Shown here piece by piece: positions 1 through 11,699 of a DNA stretch of 64,000 bases; positions within the stretch are counted from its first letter, which is position 1; every line of letters starts with the position of its first letter. Origin of the DNA: Vicugna vicugna. Taxonomy: Eukaryota. Position numbers and translations under genes: made by a program. The stretch is taken from NCBI GenBank assembly GCA_013265495.1, contig MU058065.1:9155819-9219818 (forward strand), written 5' to 3'. The notes beneath the pieces are model-generated. The model made no database searches and was not told the DNA's origin. It worked only from the letters and a program-made list of their open reading frames with translations.

Positions 1-369
1 TAAAAAAAAAAGTCTTAAGACTGTATTCTGAATACCTTGAACATCTTTTACCCAGAGCCCTCTTGATAAATGCTTAGGTTGTTTCCAGCTTTTTCCTACT
101 TTAAATAATGCTGCAGTGAGTGACTCTGACTATGCGCCATTTCACACACGCAGAAGGAAATCTGTGGGGTAAATACAAGTGGAATTACCAGATCCAAGGG
201 TGTGTATATTTTTAATTTTTAAAGCTTGCCCAGTCACCCTCCATAAAGCCCAATTTATTCCCTCACCAGCGATATATAGAATGCTATCATCCCATTTTGT
301 AAAAATCTTCCTTCCTGTTTATTCACTCACTCTTATGGACGTACTCTGGACAATCCAAAACTTCAATTT

Positions 370-860
370 CTGAAATTGAAAACTCAAATGTGCATCTCTG
401 TCTTAAACTCTCCTCCAGCTACTGCCCCTCCCCTCCCCCGCTTTCCCCTTCCCAGCAGCTGGCTTCTGTACCACCTTCTTTTTCCCATCTAATCTAGCTC
501 TGTGGGCTGTCACTTCAGCCTCTCTCTCAGAGGGCAAAGCTCTCCCCCTAGATTAGTCCAACTTTCTGCCCAGAATCTTCTTCTCACCCCTCTTCCAGCT
601 ATATTCTACTCATCTGTGAAGTCTTACCTCAGGCATACTGCTACCAGGAAGTCTTCCATGATTTCCACAATGAACAGATCTTTCCTTTGTGCTCCTGTAG
701 TGTCATGTGAAAATAGAAGTATGGAATGTAATTTACTTGATTGCAACCCCCGACTAGACTGTAATTCCTTGAGGGGAGGGGTCAAGTTTAGCACCTAACT
801 CTGTGCCTGGCACATAGTAATTGCTCATTAAGAACTTCTAAAATGAATAAATGAATGAAC
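370..860 (+). mobile_element. L2 LINE 3' fragment
   Basis: Ends in GTGCCTGGCACATAGTAATTGCTCATTAAG...AATGAATAAATGAATGAA, the typical L2 3' terminus. Boundaries approximate. Confidence 0.7.
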
Positions 861-1174
861 AGTACTTTCGTTGATCTAACCATTTTTTTAATGCTGACAA
901 TATTTTCAAAGATTCATAGAAATGGGCATTACTCACGCACATGGGCTATGGTGAAGTCTAAGTGGCAACTTGACAGTATGTTTTAGAATACCAGAAAAAA
1001 AAAAGTCCCAGAAATTCCACTTCTAAATTATTTATCATCACTAAAGAATCAGAGATATACACAAAAATTTATCTATACTTCTGTGTGGTACTTTGTTATT
1101 TTTAATGGTGACTTATTGAAAACAACAGTAGAGTGAATTGGTTAAGTACATTAGAGTAATATGCAGCCAACAAA

Positions 1175-1333
1175 TTTTTAATAAAACCTTTTTCTTTTTT
1201 TTTCTGGGGATGGGGAGGGGAGAAGTAATTAGGTTTATTTATTATTATTATTTTTTTAGAGAAGTTACTGGGGATTGAACCCAGGACCTCATGCATGCTA
1301 AGCATGCACTCTACCACTTAGCTATACCCTCCC
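1175..1333 (-). mobile_element. tRNA-derived SINE, Vic-1-like (camelid)
   Basis: Minus strand reads GGGAGGGTATAGCTAAGTGGTAGAGTGCATGCTTAGCATGCATGAGGTCCTGGGTTCAATCCCCAG (A and B boxes) followed by an A-rich tail. Flanking direct repeat CAGCCAACAAA at 1164-1174 and 1336-1346. Confidence 0.9.
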
Positions 1334-2078
1334 TACAGCCAACAAAATTTGTGTTTTTGAAAAATATTTAATAATTTGGGAAAATATTTACATTGCATTG
1401 TTAAGTGAAAAAGCCATTTGACAATGGTTATGTATAATGTGGTCCCTGTTTTTTAAAAATATATGCACAAGGAAAAAAACTAAAAAGTATACACTAACAT
1501 TTTAATAGTAATTATCTAAATAGTAGGATTGTGTATGATTTTAATTTCTTCATCCTGATTTTCTAAATTCTCAACAATAAATATGTGCTTTAAAAAGCTA
1601 TGAAAATTAGTATTAAAAAAAGAAGAGAGAGAAAGAGAAGAAGGAAAAAGGGGAGCTGACAGAGAAGAAAGAACAAAGGGAGTTAGCACACGGGATTGCC
1701 AGACGCAGAACTCTACTTGACAGCGTTTGCTTTTAGCATGTTAAAGCATGTCTTGCTTTTCAGGATGTTAGAAATGCTATCTTCCGGCTTATGTTATTTT
1801 TGACAAGAAATTATTATCTGTTTTCAATGAGTTACTTTTCTCCAGGTCATAGGTCACATTTTCGTCCTTCTTCTCATGTCTAGTATTTCTTAAATGGATG
1901 CTGGATGTTGTAATTTTACAGACATACATTATTGTATGTCTGGATTTTGTTGTCTTTCTGATGTCTGTCTCCTCAATGCAGTGTCTTCTGTACTCTGCTT
2001 GGGTTCCTCTGCTGTGTGGTGTGGCCTGGAAAGTACCTCCACGGAGAAAGCCCGAGGGATCCTAGGACCACTTTATCC

Positions 2079-2595
2079 TGAGACAGGATGAAAGGGGGCA
2101 GGGCACAACCGTTCAAAGAATAACAGCAGTTAGTACCAAGATAGGGGAACATTCTTCAGCTCCCCGTATATCCTGAGCCTCATTATACACTCATTGTAAT
2201 GTATTAGCACGCTAAATGACACTCCCACAGGCATCGCGACAGTTCTGAGGCTGACCGTAAAAGGTGAAAAAGTGGGTGGCAGCCCAGTTCCTGGAAATCC
2301 CAGCCCTTTCCCCAAAGAAGTTGAACTCATCCTCCCAATTGTTAGCACATGAAGTTACTAAGCCCATAAAAACTAGCAACGCCACGCCTCTCGGCCCGCC
2401 ACTCTCTCCTGCCTTCTGAGATGGCCTGCACTCTGTATGGAGTATGTATCTCTGAACAAATCTACCTTCACTTTACTAAGGCTCACTCTTGAATTCTTCC
2501 CTGTGCCGAGGACCCTCACTTGGCCAGGCGGCTCCCAGGGACTCACCCAAGACCTGAGACATGACCATCCTCTCGCACCCCGTTTTCCCATATCA
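2079..2595 (+). mobile_element. Solo ERV1-type LTR, MER41-like
   Basis: TG...CA ends. Core TATTAGCACGCTAAATGACACTCCCACAGGCATCGCGACAG resembles MER41. Clearly homologous to the copy at 59500-60028. Flanks look like an old L1M. TSD is poor (ATCC/ATTT). Confidence 0.8.
2288..2296 (+). promoter_or_regulatory. GAS (STAT1-type) motif TTCCTGGAA inside the LTR
   Basis: Exact TTCCNGGAA match; a degenerate second site TTCCCCAAA lies at 2308-2316. Function untested. Confidence 0.45.
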
Positions 2596-5500
2596 ATTTG
2601 ATTCCCTTTCCTCAGGGATCATTTACGTACCTGAAACTGCTTGTTTTCTAATACTTGAAAACTTGGAATTTTTGTCCCCTACGTTTTGTCCAGTTTTATA
2701 GCTGTGTGAGTGACAGAGGAAGTCCAGTGCCAGTTACTCTGTTATTTTTGCCAAAAGCAGGAATTTTGTTACATTATTAAAAGTAACTATCTAACGGACA
2801 AGCACACAAATAAATAGGGGTTTTCGTGCATTAATCAAGGAAGGGTGTCATGAACCATGCATTACGATTAGTCCAATCACAGCCTTGAGGCCCTTTTCAA
2901 AATAAATTGAAAAAAAAAACAATTCCACTTTTGTATTACCTATTATTGCATTCAATGCTGAAAACCCACAACATCTAGCAATACATACTTTTTGCTATGG
3001 TGGACGACTTTTGTTTTTCTCTGTTGTGGCCTAATTCTTCTATTATAAAGAGGTATTACATGCTTTAGGAGTATTTGTTATTTGGGACAGACTCAAAGAT
3101 TTCTAGACTAATTCTTCCAGAATGAAAAGGGTGTCCTATGCACTGGATTCTCAGAATTTACTCCATGCTCACATGATTCCTTCTCTCTTGCACATCGCAT
3201 CCCTGTCTGTATCTGTTAAAATTCAACTCCTTTAATATTCAATAGGAGACAATATGTCACCTCTTTTATTTATTCTTTCCTTATCAGTATCTTTAATTTG
3301 AGACTTAGATTCCTCTCCTCAGTGTCTCCATATTTCTCGGTTTCTACTTCACATAGGATAATTATTGATTCTAAATTATATTATAATTATTTGACCTGTG
3401 TCACATCTGCCCCCCAGTAGGCTGTGAGTTAACTGAAGGAAAGACTAAATCTTACTCATCTTTAGGATCTCCTACCACCTTGTAAATTTCCTGTTAAAAA
3501 ATTATGCTCAGTAAATCACTGTTGAATGCATGGTGAAGGGAAATGGAAGGGCTTCCAAGGCAGGCTGCATTTAACCTACTGTTTTTTAACCTAAACCCAA
3601 CTCTACTCCTTGCAGTTTAATGATGCAGGCATCACCATTCTCTGAACATGTGCTTCGAAGGCCAATAGTCCTGAAGTGGCTACAGCTCGTGCCACCTTCT
3701 CCTTGTTCTGAGTTGCCATGGAGGCTGGAGGCTGGAGGGTGGAGGGTGGAGTTTACTGGTTTGGTGGTAAGACTTTAAGTTTCTTCTCCTTTTCATTTGT
3801 TATGCTCCTCTGCCAATCCTCTAACCCATCATCAGTCTCCCTCAATCTCTGAGGCATTGGAAGCTTCCGTGAGCTGATGACAACAGGTCCCAGGAGGTGT
3901 GCCTGCCATGGAGCACAGGAGAGTGTGTTAAGTGACAGTGTCTCAGTCCCTCCCCAGTGCAGCTAACGGCATGGAGAGCACTCTGGGTTCAGTGGCTCTT
4001 TGCCTTTGCAAACTTTGCTCAGTATGTTGGCTTCTTTGTCTTTAACCACCCCTGACTCCAGACTTAGTCTTCAAACTGCTGTACTTTTTGGGAGTCTAAG
4101 TGCACCGGTGGTCACAGTGCAACTCAAGCAGGGGAAGGCTTACTGATGCACTTCTGGCTCTTTGCTGAGATCAGTCCTCCGGTGCTTATGGAGTAACAAC
4201 TTCTGGGTGCCATGGACTACCCTAGGTACTGGAGGTGCAAAGCTGAGTAAGTTTTGGCCTCAAGGAACTTATTGTGTAGATGGAGAGATTGATAATCAAT
4301 GAACAAATGCACAATGCATGAGTGCAATCACAGAGGATGGGTGGAAGAAGTAAATGTAAAGAGGAAATAACTCTGCCTGAAGGCAGGAGTATGGCATCTC
4401 AGTATCCCAGGGAAGGTATCATCTAAGCTGGGTCTTCTAGAACAAGTAGGGATTCATCCAATGGAGGGAGTAGGTCAAGAGTTCAGCAGGAGGAAATAGC
4501 ATGTGCAAAGGCCCAGAAACATGAAAGATTATGGTTTGTTCAGTATGTTTGGGAGGGAGGCAGTAGGAGGACATTGTTGGAAACATGCACTTGGACCCAT
4601 CACACTTTTTATGATCTGCTAAGAAATACAGATCTGTTTCCATAGGCCTATGTTTCCAAAATTTTGCTCATGTTCTTCCCACTTTCACATTATCACATAA
4701 TGCCTGTAATAATGTTGACTGAACACTTCCCTTTAAATCAACTCTAACTCACCTCCAACAGTTTACCATGTAATATTTAATTACTGTTAAAAGAATATAT
4801 GGTACATATATAAATTGTGAATCAGAATAGAAGAATGGCCGCTTGTGAACTCATTAGCCAAGGTAAGAAGTGAAATGTTATTATCCAACTTAAGGACTGA
4901 AACATTTCCAATTCCATTGCTCGACCAGTAAGCTGCTTTCCTGTGTCATCTCCTTCCCTCCCCTAAGAGGTCGCCACTGTCCTATACTTTGTGTTCATTA
5001 TTCACTTGCTTTTTGAAGAATTATTTCATCTCCGATGGACAGATCCCTAAACAACACATCACTTAGCTTTGTTTGGTTTTGCACTTTAGGTTTTGATTTA
5101 TGACATCCTTGTGGGAGAAAGATTGATGTAGAAACAAGCCTGGAAGCAGGGAGACCGTTTAGAGGTGCTGGTCAGAATCTAGGAAAGAGCTGATGGGAAG
5201 CTGGGCCAAGAGGGAGGGGAAAGGATCAATATGAACTGTTTCAAAGGCAGCGTTGCTGAAACCAAGGGAACATTTAAAAGAAACATAGAGTAAGAGCGCC
5301 TTTAGAAATCTGCCCTCTGTGATATTTCTAATACTAAAGCTGTTTAGTTTATTGATATACATAGGTTGTATTTAGACTCTTGATGTGTTGGTGGTTCCCT
5401 GTGGTTTCCAGAGAAGAGAGAAAAACAAACCCGTGTGTCTCCTTCCTAGAAGGTCTGTTCTGTGACTTTTAAAGATAAGTAAATAAAAGGCAGGTACTTT

Positions 5501-7783
5501 TGAGTGATGTTTAAGATGTGCTAGCTTATTATCCTTCTAGGCAGCTGAAACAATACTCAAATCTTGTTTTTTTACCCCAGAGTAAGTCCTTCCCTCTAGG
5601 GGAATTTGCTTTTTTAAATCTACCACACCTAGAATTTTCTCCAATTTTTTAAAACAAAAATGTCATCATCTTTTTGTAATTTGTCCGTACAACATCATTA
5701 TTATTGTTTTCAGAGTAACTTTGGAAAGACCCAACAATTTGGGCAATATTCGCAAATTGTAGTTAATTTAAGGCTGTCTACACTACAGGAGCTTTTTAAC
5801 TTTAAAATAAGAGGTTGAATTTGCCAGTTTTATTGAGACTAGAGCAATTAACTTGTGATTTGTGGTTGGCTGGGAACAGCCCCTCACTGGGAGGGGAGTC
5901 TGGGTACTCCCCAAGCGCTCACATTGACCTGGACTGGGCAATTGGAGCAAAGCAGAATGGCTTGAAAGAGGCGTTCTCCAGCCAGGAGACCATTCATGCT
6001 ATACCAAGTAGACCTGGAAACTGATTCAACACACTGGATCAGAAAGCAACCACATAGCAGGAGTTAAAAAAAAAAAGTGCTCCCTTGTGAAAATATAGGT
6101 GAAATACAGTGATTGTCAGGCTAATTTAAGTTCTCTTTTGAGAGTCAGTGCTCCCCTCCCACCTCCCTAGTCATATAATTGAGCAATTTCCTTAGTTTGA
6201 GTCAGATTGGGTTGCTCAACACGCTCTTTGACAGACTAGGAAAGCCAGTTACTGGGAGATAAAACGTCTTAGGTAAACTAGCCATGTTCATTACCAGTAG
6301 AATTCAAATAGGCCCCAGTGGTTCCTCAGGCGTCTGCTTGGCTGTGGCCTCTTAGACTATTCAGTTCAAATAAACAAACATTTATTTAGTGTCTATTGTT
6401 CAAAAGCTCTGTGCTAGGTACCTGGCTAGTACTGTGTTATTTTCCTAATGGACTAGGCAGCTTGGGAAGATCTCGCTGGGTTATAACAGCGTCCCCTCTC
6501 TTATTCTGAAGAGGAGATACTACTTGTCTCCAAAAAACCGAACAGACTGGGGAGAGGAGTGGGGGTGTGAGCTGCAGTGAGTGGAGAATGAGACGGGAGC
6601 AGCTCTGCTGCTCTGTCTTCCCCAGTGGACGTTCTGACGAACTCGCAGCAGGAAGCCTAATGCAGAGGGGGATTAGGTGGTTTGGGGATCCGGGAGGGTA
6701 AGAACTTAGGATCTACTGTTCGATGCTAGATGAGTACCTGTGACTTAATGCTAACGGGACATGGCTGATTCAGGATTTTGTGGCCACCTTGATGGCTTGA
6801 CACACATTCCTTATGCATCGCTGTTCACCCAACCACCAGTTTTGACTATATACTTCTACTGTGGAGTTTTCCTCTCCAAATAGGAAAGCTTCGCCTTATT
6901 TTTATTTTTTAACCTCCTGATGATTGATGGTGGGATGGGGAAGGATGAGACAGGAAGCAGAGAGATACACTGATAAAAATGACAAAATATAATTTTATGT
7001 TTAACTCCAAAGAACAAAAGGCTGTTTATGAGTTGTGACGTGATTTGGTATGGAAGAGTAAAACAGATGTAATTAAAGTATTTCAACCCAATGTTTTATC
7101 CAGAGAGATTTTTTTTTCAGAAAGTCAGGCAGTATTTATCTCCTAAAAGCAACTCTGGTTTATGGAGCTCATTTATATGACAGCTGTTACAACCATGATG
7201 TCTAGATCCAGGGGCCAGCAATGAGGTCCCAAATTGAACTTTTCACTACCCATGGCATGAAGAAGTGAGCATGCATATAGAGAGGAAAATAACATCTTAT
7301 ATTTGCATAATGCTTTTCTCATCTTTCAAGTTACTCTCACATCTATTAGAAGATACAACGATGTTGCTTACTAAATGAAAGTCATTGCTAATTATTTTTC
7401 CTAATGATCTTTTCGCCACCATTCTATAGACTATGTTGTTGAACTAAGTTTAACTAAGAATCTTAAGGTTGAAAAGGACATTTGGTGATCATTTCATCTG
7501 AGGCTTGAATTATGAGCAGCTCTAGAGTTCTTTCTTAAAATGCAAATACCCCTTGGAAGAGTTATGTTCCTAGGTAACAGCTTAAAATGTAATTGTTCAC
7601 ATATGAACCCTGATTGGCAGTTACCTGAAAAGAGAGAGAAGTTTTAAGGTGGTTAAAGGAAGTCAGCTAGAAGAGCAGGATGCCTCTGGGAGGGAGGGAG
7701 TATTCATGGGGCCACCAGAGACAAATTCCACCTCTCAAATTCCAACCTCATCTCTCACCAACCTTCCCCATAAAACTGAGTCA

Positions 7784-7890
7784 AGATTGTTTTCTTATTT
7801 TCTCTTTCTGGTAGGTCATTATTAGTGTATTGAAATGCAACAGATTTCTGTATATGAATTTTATATCTTGCAACTTTACTGAATTCATTT
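7784..7890 (-). mobile_element. Inverted 5' segment of L1 (ORF2 RT region)
   Basis: Minus strand translates NEFSKVARYKIHIQKSVAFQYTNNDLPERENKKTI, an L1 ORF2 peptide. Confidence 0.9.
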
Positions 7891-9672
7891 GGTAACACAA
7901 ATAAATGAAAAGACACACTGTGCTCATGGATTGAAAGAATTAATATTGTTAAAATGTCCATACTTTCCAAAACAATCTACAGATTCAGTACAGTCTTTAT
8001 CAAAATACCCATGACATTCTTCACAGAACTAGAACAAATAATCCTAAAATTTGTATGGAGCCACAAAAGCCAAAAGCACCTCAAATAGCCAAAGCAACCA
8101 TGAGAAAGAAAAACAAAGCTGGAGGTATCACATTCCCTGGTATCAAACTATACTACAAAGTTATGTCATCAAAAACAGTATGATATTGGCATAAAAACAG
8201 ACACATAGATCAATGAAACAGAATAGAAAGCCCAGAAATAAACTCATGCTTATACGGTCAGTTAATCTATGACAAAGGAGGCAAGAATAAATAGTGAGGA
8301 AATGGAAATCTCTTCAATAAATGGTATTGGGATAATAGGCCAGCTACATACAAAATAATGAAACTAGACTACTTTCTTACACCATATACAAAAATAAACT
8401 CAAAATGGATTAAAACCTTTAGCTTAAGACCTGAAACCACAAAACTCTTGGCAGAAGATATGAGTATCATGCTCTTTGATATCAGTCTTGGTAATATTTT
8501 TCTGTATACGGCAAGGGAGACAAAAGCAAAAATAAACAGGACTGCATCAAACTGAAAAGCTTTTTGCACAGTGAGAGAAACCAACAAAACAAAAAGACAG
8601 CCTACTGAGTGAGAGAAGATGTTTGCAGATGATATGACTGATAAGGGGTTAATACCCAAAATATATAAAGAACTCATACAATTCAATATCACAAAATCGC
8701 AAATAATTTGATTAAAAATGGACAGAGGACCTGAGTAGACATTTTTCCATAGAAGACATACAGATGGCCAACAGGCACATGAAAAGATGCTCAACATCGC
8801 TAATCATCAGAGAAATGAAAATCAAAACCACAACGAGATACCACCTCACACCTGTCAGAATGGCTATCATAAAAAAGACAACGAATAATAAGTGTTGGTG
8901 AGAATGTGGAGAAAGGGGAAGTGCCATGCCCTGTCAGGGGGGATGTAAATTGGTGCAGCCACTATGGAAAACAGTATGGAGATGCCTCAAAACACTAAAA
9001 ATAGAACTACCATACCATCCAGCAATTCCACATATAGGTATTTATCCAAAGAAAATGAACACCAATTTGAAAAGATACGTGCACCCCAGTGTTCATTGCA
9101 GCATTATTTACAATAGCTAAGATACAGAAGCAACATATGTGTCCATCAATAGATGAATGGCTGAAAAAGAAAGATGGCTATATACATACATTTCACAGTG
9201 GAATATTACTCAGTGGTAAAATAAGAATGAAAACTTGCCATTTGCTACAACACGAATAGACCTAGAGTGTGTTACACTAAGTGAAATACATCAGATAAAG
9301 ACAAACACTGTATGATTTCACTTATATGTAGAGTCTAAAAAACAAAACAAATGAAAAAACCATAGCAAAAGAGAAACAGACTCATAGATACAAAGAACAA
9401 TCTAGTGGTTGCCAGAAAGGGGGTGGGGGAAGGGGAGAGGATGGGAGAAATAGGGGGGGATTAAGAGATACAAACTTGTAAACTTCCAGTTACAAGTCAT
9501 GAGGAGACAATAATATTGTAATAAACTTGTATGGTGACAAATGATAGCTAGACTTATGGTGATCATTTCATAATCTATAAAAGTACCAATTCACTCTGTG
9601 GTACACCTGAAGCGAATATAACATCTTAATTAATTAATTAATATAAGTCAGTTATGTTTCAATTAAAGAAAA
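7891..9672 (+). mobile_element. 5'-truncated, decayed L1 (ORF2 C-terminal part plus 3' UTR)
   Basis: Plus-strand peptides such as [33 protein letters not shown] and [12 protein letters not shown]...[10 protein letters not shown], with stops and frameshifts. G-rich 3' UTR at about 9418-9459 and an A-rich end. Confidence 0.95.
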
Positions 9673-10069
9673 ACTGCATTAGTAGCCACAATCAGCTGCT
9701 CGCAGGGCCCCTGTACTCCCCTGACAGAGCACATATCACCCCCGGTTTATTTGCTCAGTCAACACACTAATTCTGTCCCTAGACTCTGAGTTCTTTGGGG
9801 TCAGGGGCTCTGGTTCCTCAGCGTTACTTTCCAGTATTATTCTGCGTATAGTAAGAGACTCAGGAAATGATTATAGAATGAATGAACACTTTAATCCACA
9901 ATTTTATGCCTAGTTGTAATAGTTAAGCTTCTCTCCTATGCCATCTTTGTTTTCAAAAGGAGTGACTTTGCAGCATGCCAGAAAATGAAATGTTTATCTT
10001 TGTCTTAATCCTCTAGGAGAGAAATGTATCCAATTTCCTTGTGGAATAATACACATAATAGACAGGTAA

Positions 10070-10205
10070 CCCTTGCTGAATGTTTATTGTGTGCTGGGTA
10101 CTGTCCTATCATTTTATGCAGATGAGTTTATTTCATTCTCACTACAACCCTCCGAGGTAAACGCTACTATTATTACCATTTTAAAAATAAAGAAACCGAG
10201 GCACA
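10070..10205 (-). mobile_element. MIR SINE fragment
   Basis: ATTATTACCATTTTAAAAATAAAGAAACCGAGGCACAGA is a reverse-strand MIR core. Confidence 0.7.
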
Positions 10206-10499
10206 GAATTATTTTCTTGCATATAAATCTTGCCTTTCCTATGAGAAAGGAAAAAATGCTGAATGACAATGGCCCAAAAAAAATCCCAAAACACAGTTTT
10301 TTCTATTTGTATTTATCAAACTTCAGTGTAGACTCAGCAAAAATTAAATGCAATTTAAAAAGGCAAAAGGAGGAGTCTAGCATAGTGCCTAAGTATATCA
10401 TTGCATAACAATCTATTAATGAGTTCCTGAAATCCACAGAATGTGGAGCTGTGTTAGCAATAAATATGAAGTGGAGGATCCAAGATTACACAAAAACTA

Positions 10500-10518
10500 T
10501 GTCCACCAGGTGGCACTA
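10500..10518 (+). promoter_or_regulatory. Candidate CTCF site
   Basis: TGTCCACCAGGTGGCACTA closely matches the CTCF core consensus. Confidence 0.6.
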
Positions 10519-10945
10519 GTACCTCTAAATGAGAGGCCTGGGTGGGAACACTTCTGATCACGTCCACTTATTTGACATAAAGATTCAAGTACTGACCCTC
10601 AGTTTCCTTTGTCTCAGCTCTGTGTCCAGAGGGAGCAGAGGAACTGTCAGACACCCACCAGTGCACTCTGCTTATTCTTCGAGGCAGAATCACCACGGTG
10701 TAGCCGATAGAGGCAGGTCTGTTTCAAATTCAAATGCAAATGCAGGTTTCCTCACATCTCAGCCCTATCAGTTACTTGTTGTATGACCTTGGGCAAGTGA
10801 TGACCTTTCTGTGTTCCAGGATCCTTATCCGTGGAATGAGGACAGTCATTGAACCTACATCATCCTGCATCACCTGTTTTAACCTTGCTCTGTTCACAGA
10901 AGATCTCAATAAAATGTTCTATGAAATGGAATTAATAGTTGACAT

Positions 10946-11500
10946 TGTTACTGAACAAAAGGTCGTGTGCCCAAAGCACAGTGAGGCCAAACAAACCAAA
11001 AAGTTGGAGTTTGGAGCAGAGAAAGGTTTATTGCAGGGCCAAGCAAGGAGAACAGGTGGCTTGTGCTCAAAACCCCAAACTCTCCGATGGTTTGCGGGGA
11101 AAGGCTTTTACAGGAAAAACTGGGTGAAGGCTGCAGGGTGTGTGACCTTCTTCTGATTGGTTGGTGGTGGGGTAACAGGGCAGTGTTCTAGGACTCTTGT
11201 GCTCAGCCTGGAGTTGTCATTCTTCACCTGGGTAGGGACCTTAATTCCTGCAGGACCACACAAAGATATTGTTAGATATATTTGGGGACCCTGCCCCAAG
11301 GCTGCACTACTATTTCTTGACTATTCCTCCCTTGTTTCTGCATTCCCTTCCTTCTCTGGTTAGCAACTGTTTGAATCTGCCCTTTGGAGCTCAGGGAAGG
11401 TCAAGGAGGCTGAATGAAGCCTATGTCTCACTAACAAGAAATGGAGGACACAGAAAGTACTTGTATCAAGGAGGACCCTTTCTCCTTGATACAAGTTTCA
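10946..11500 (-). mobile_element. Solo ERV1-type LTR (555 bp)
   Basis: TG...CA ends with a perfect 4-bp TSD ACAT (10942-10945 and 11501-11504). AATAAA on the minus strand at about 11027-11032. Confidence 0.85.
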
Positions 11501-11699
11501 ACATTTCAGTAGGTAGGTAGTCAAACGCAGTCAACATTTTACTTGGCTCAGAATATGCCATCAAAGAGATGAACTTGAGTTTCAGTTTTAAATGCTAATG
11601 TAAAGCTCTGACTATTAGCTAGATGTAAGCTGGTTGTTGGAAGTATGGATTTAGCATCTGCAATGAACTGTCTCTTCTCTAGGTGCTGCTGCTGCAAAG

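Noticed and set aside
1262..1333. tRNA gene (also at 22067, 31100, 44565, 53680)
   Set aside because: The tRNA-like heads are diverged and carry A-rich tails and TSDs, so they are SINEs.
8358..9120. ORFs as host genes or an active L1
   Set aside because: They are sense and antisense fragments of a truncated L1 ORF2 with stops and frameshifts.
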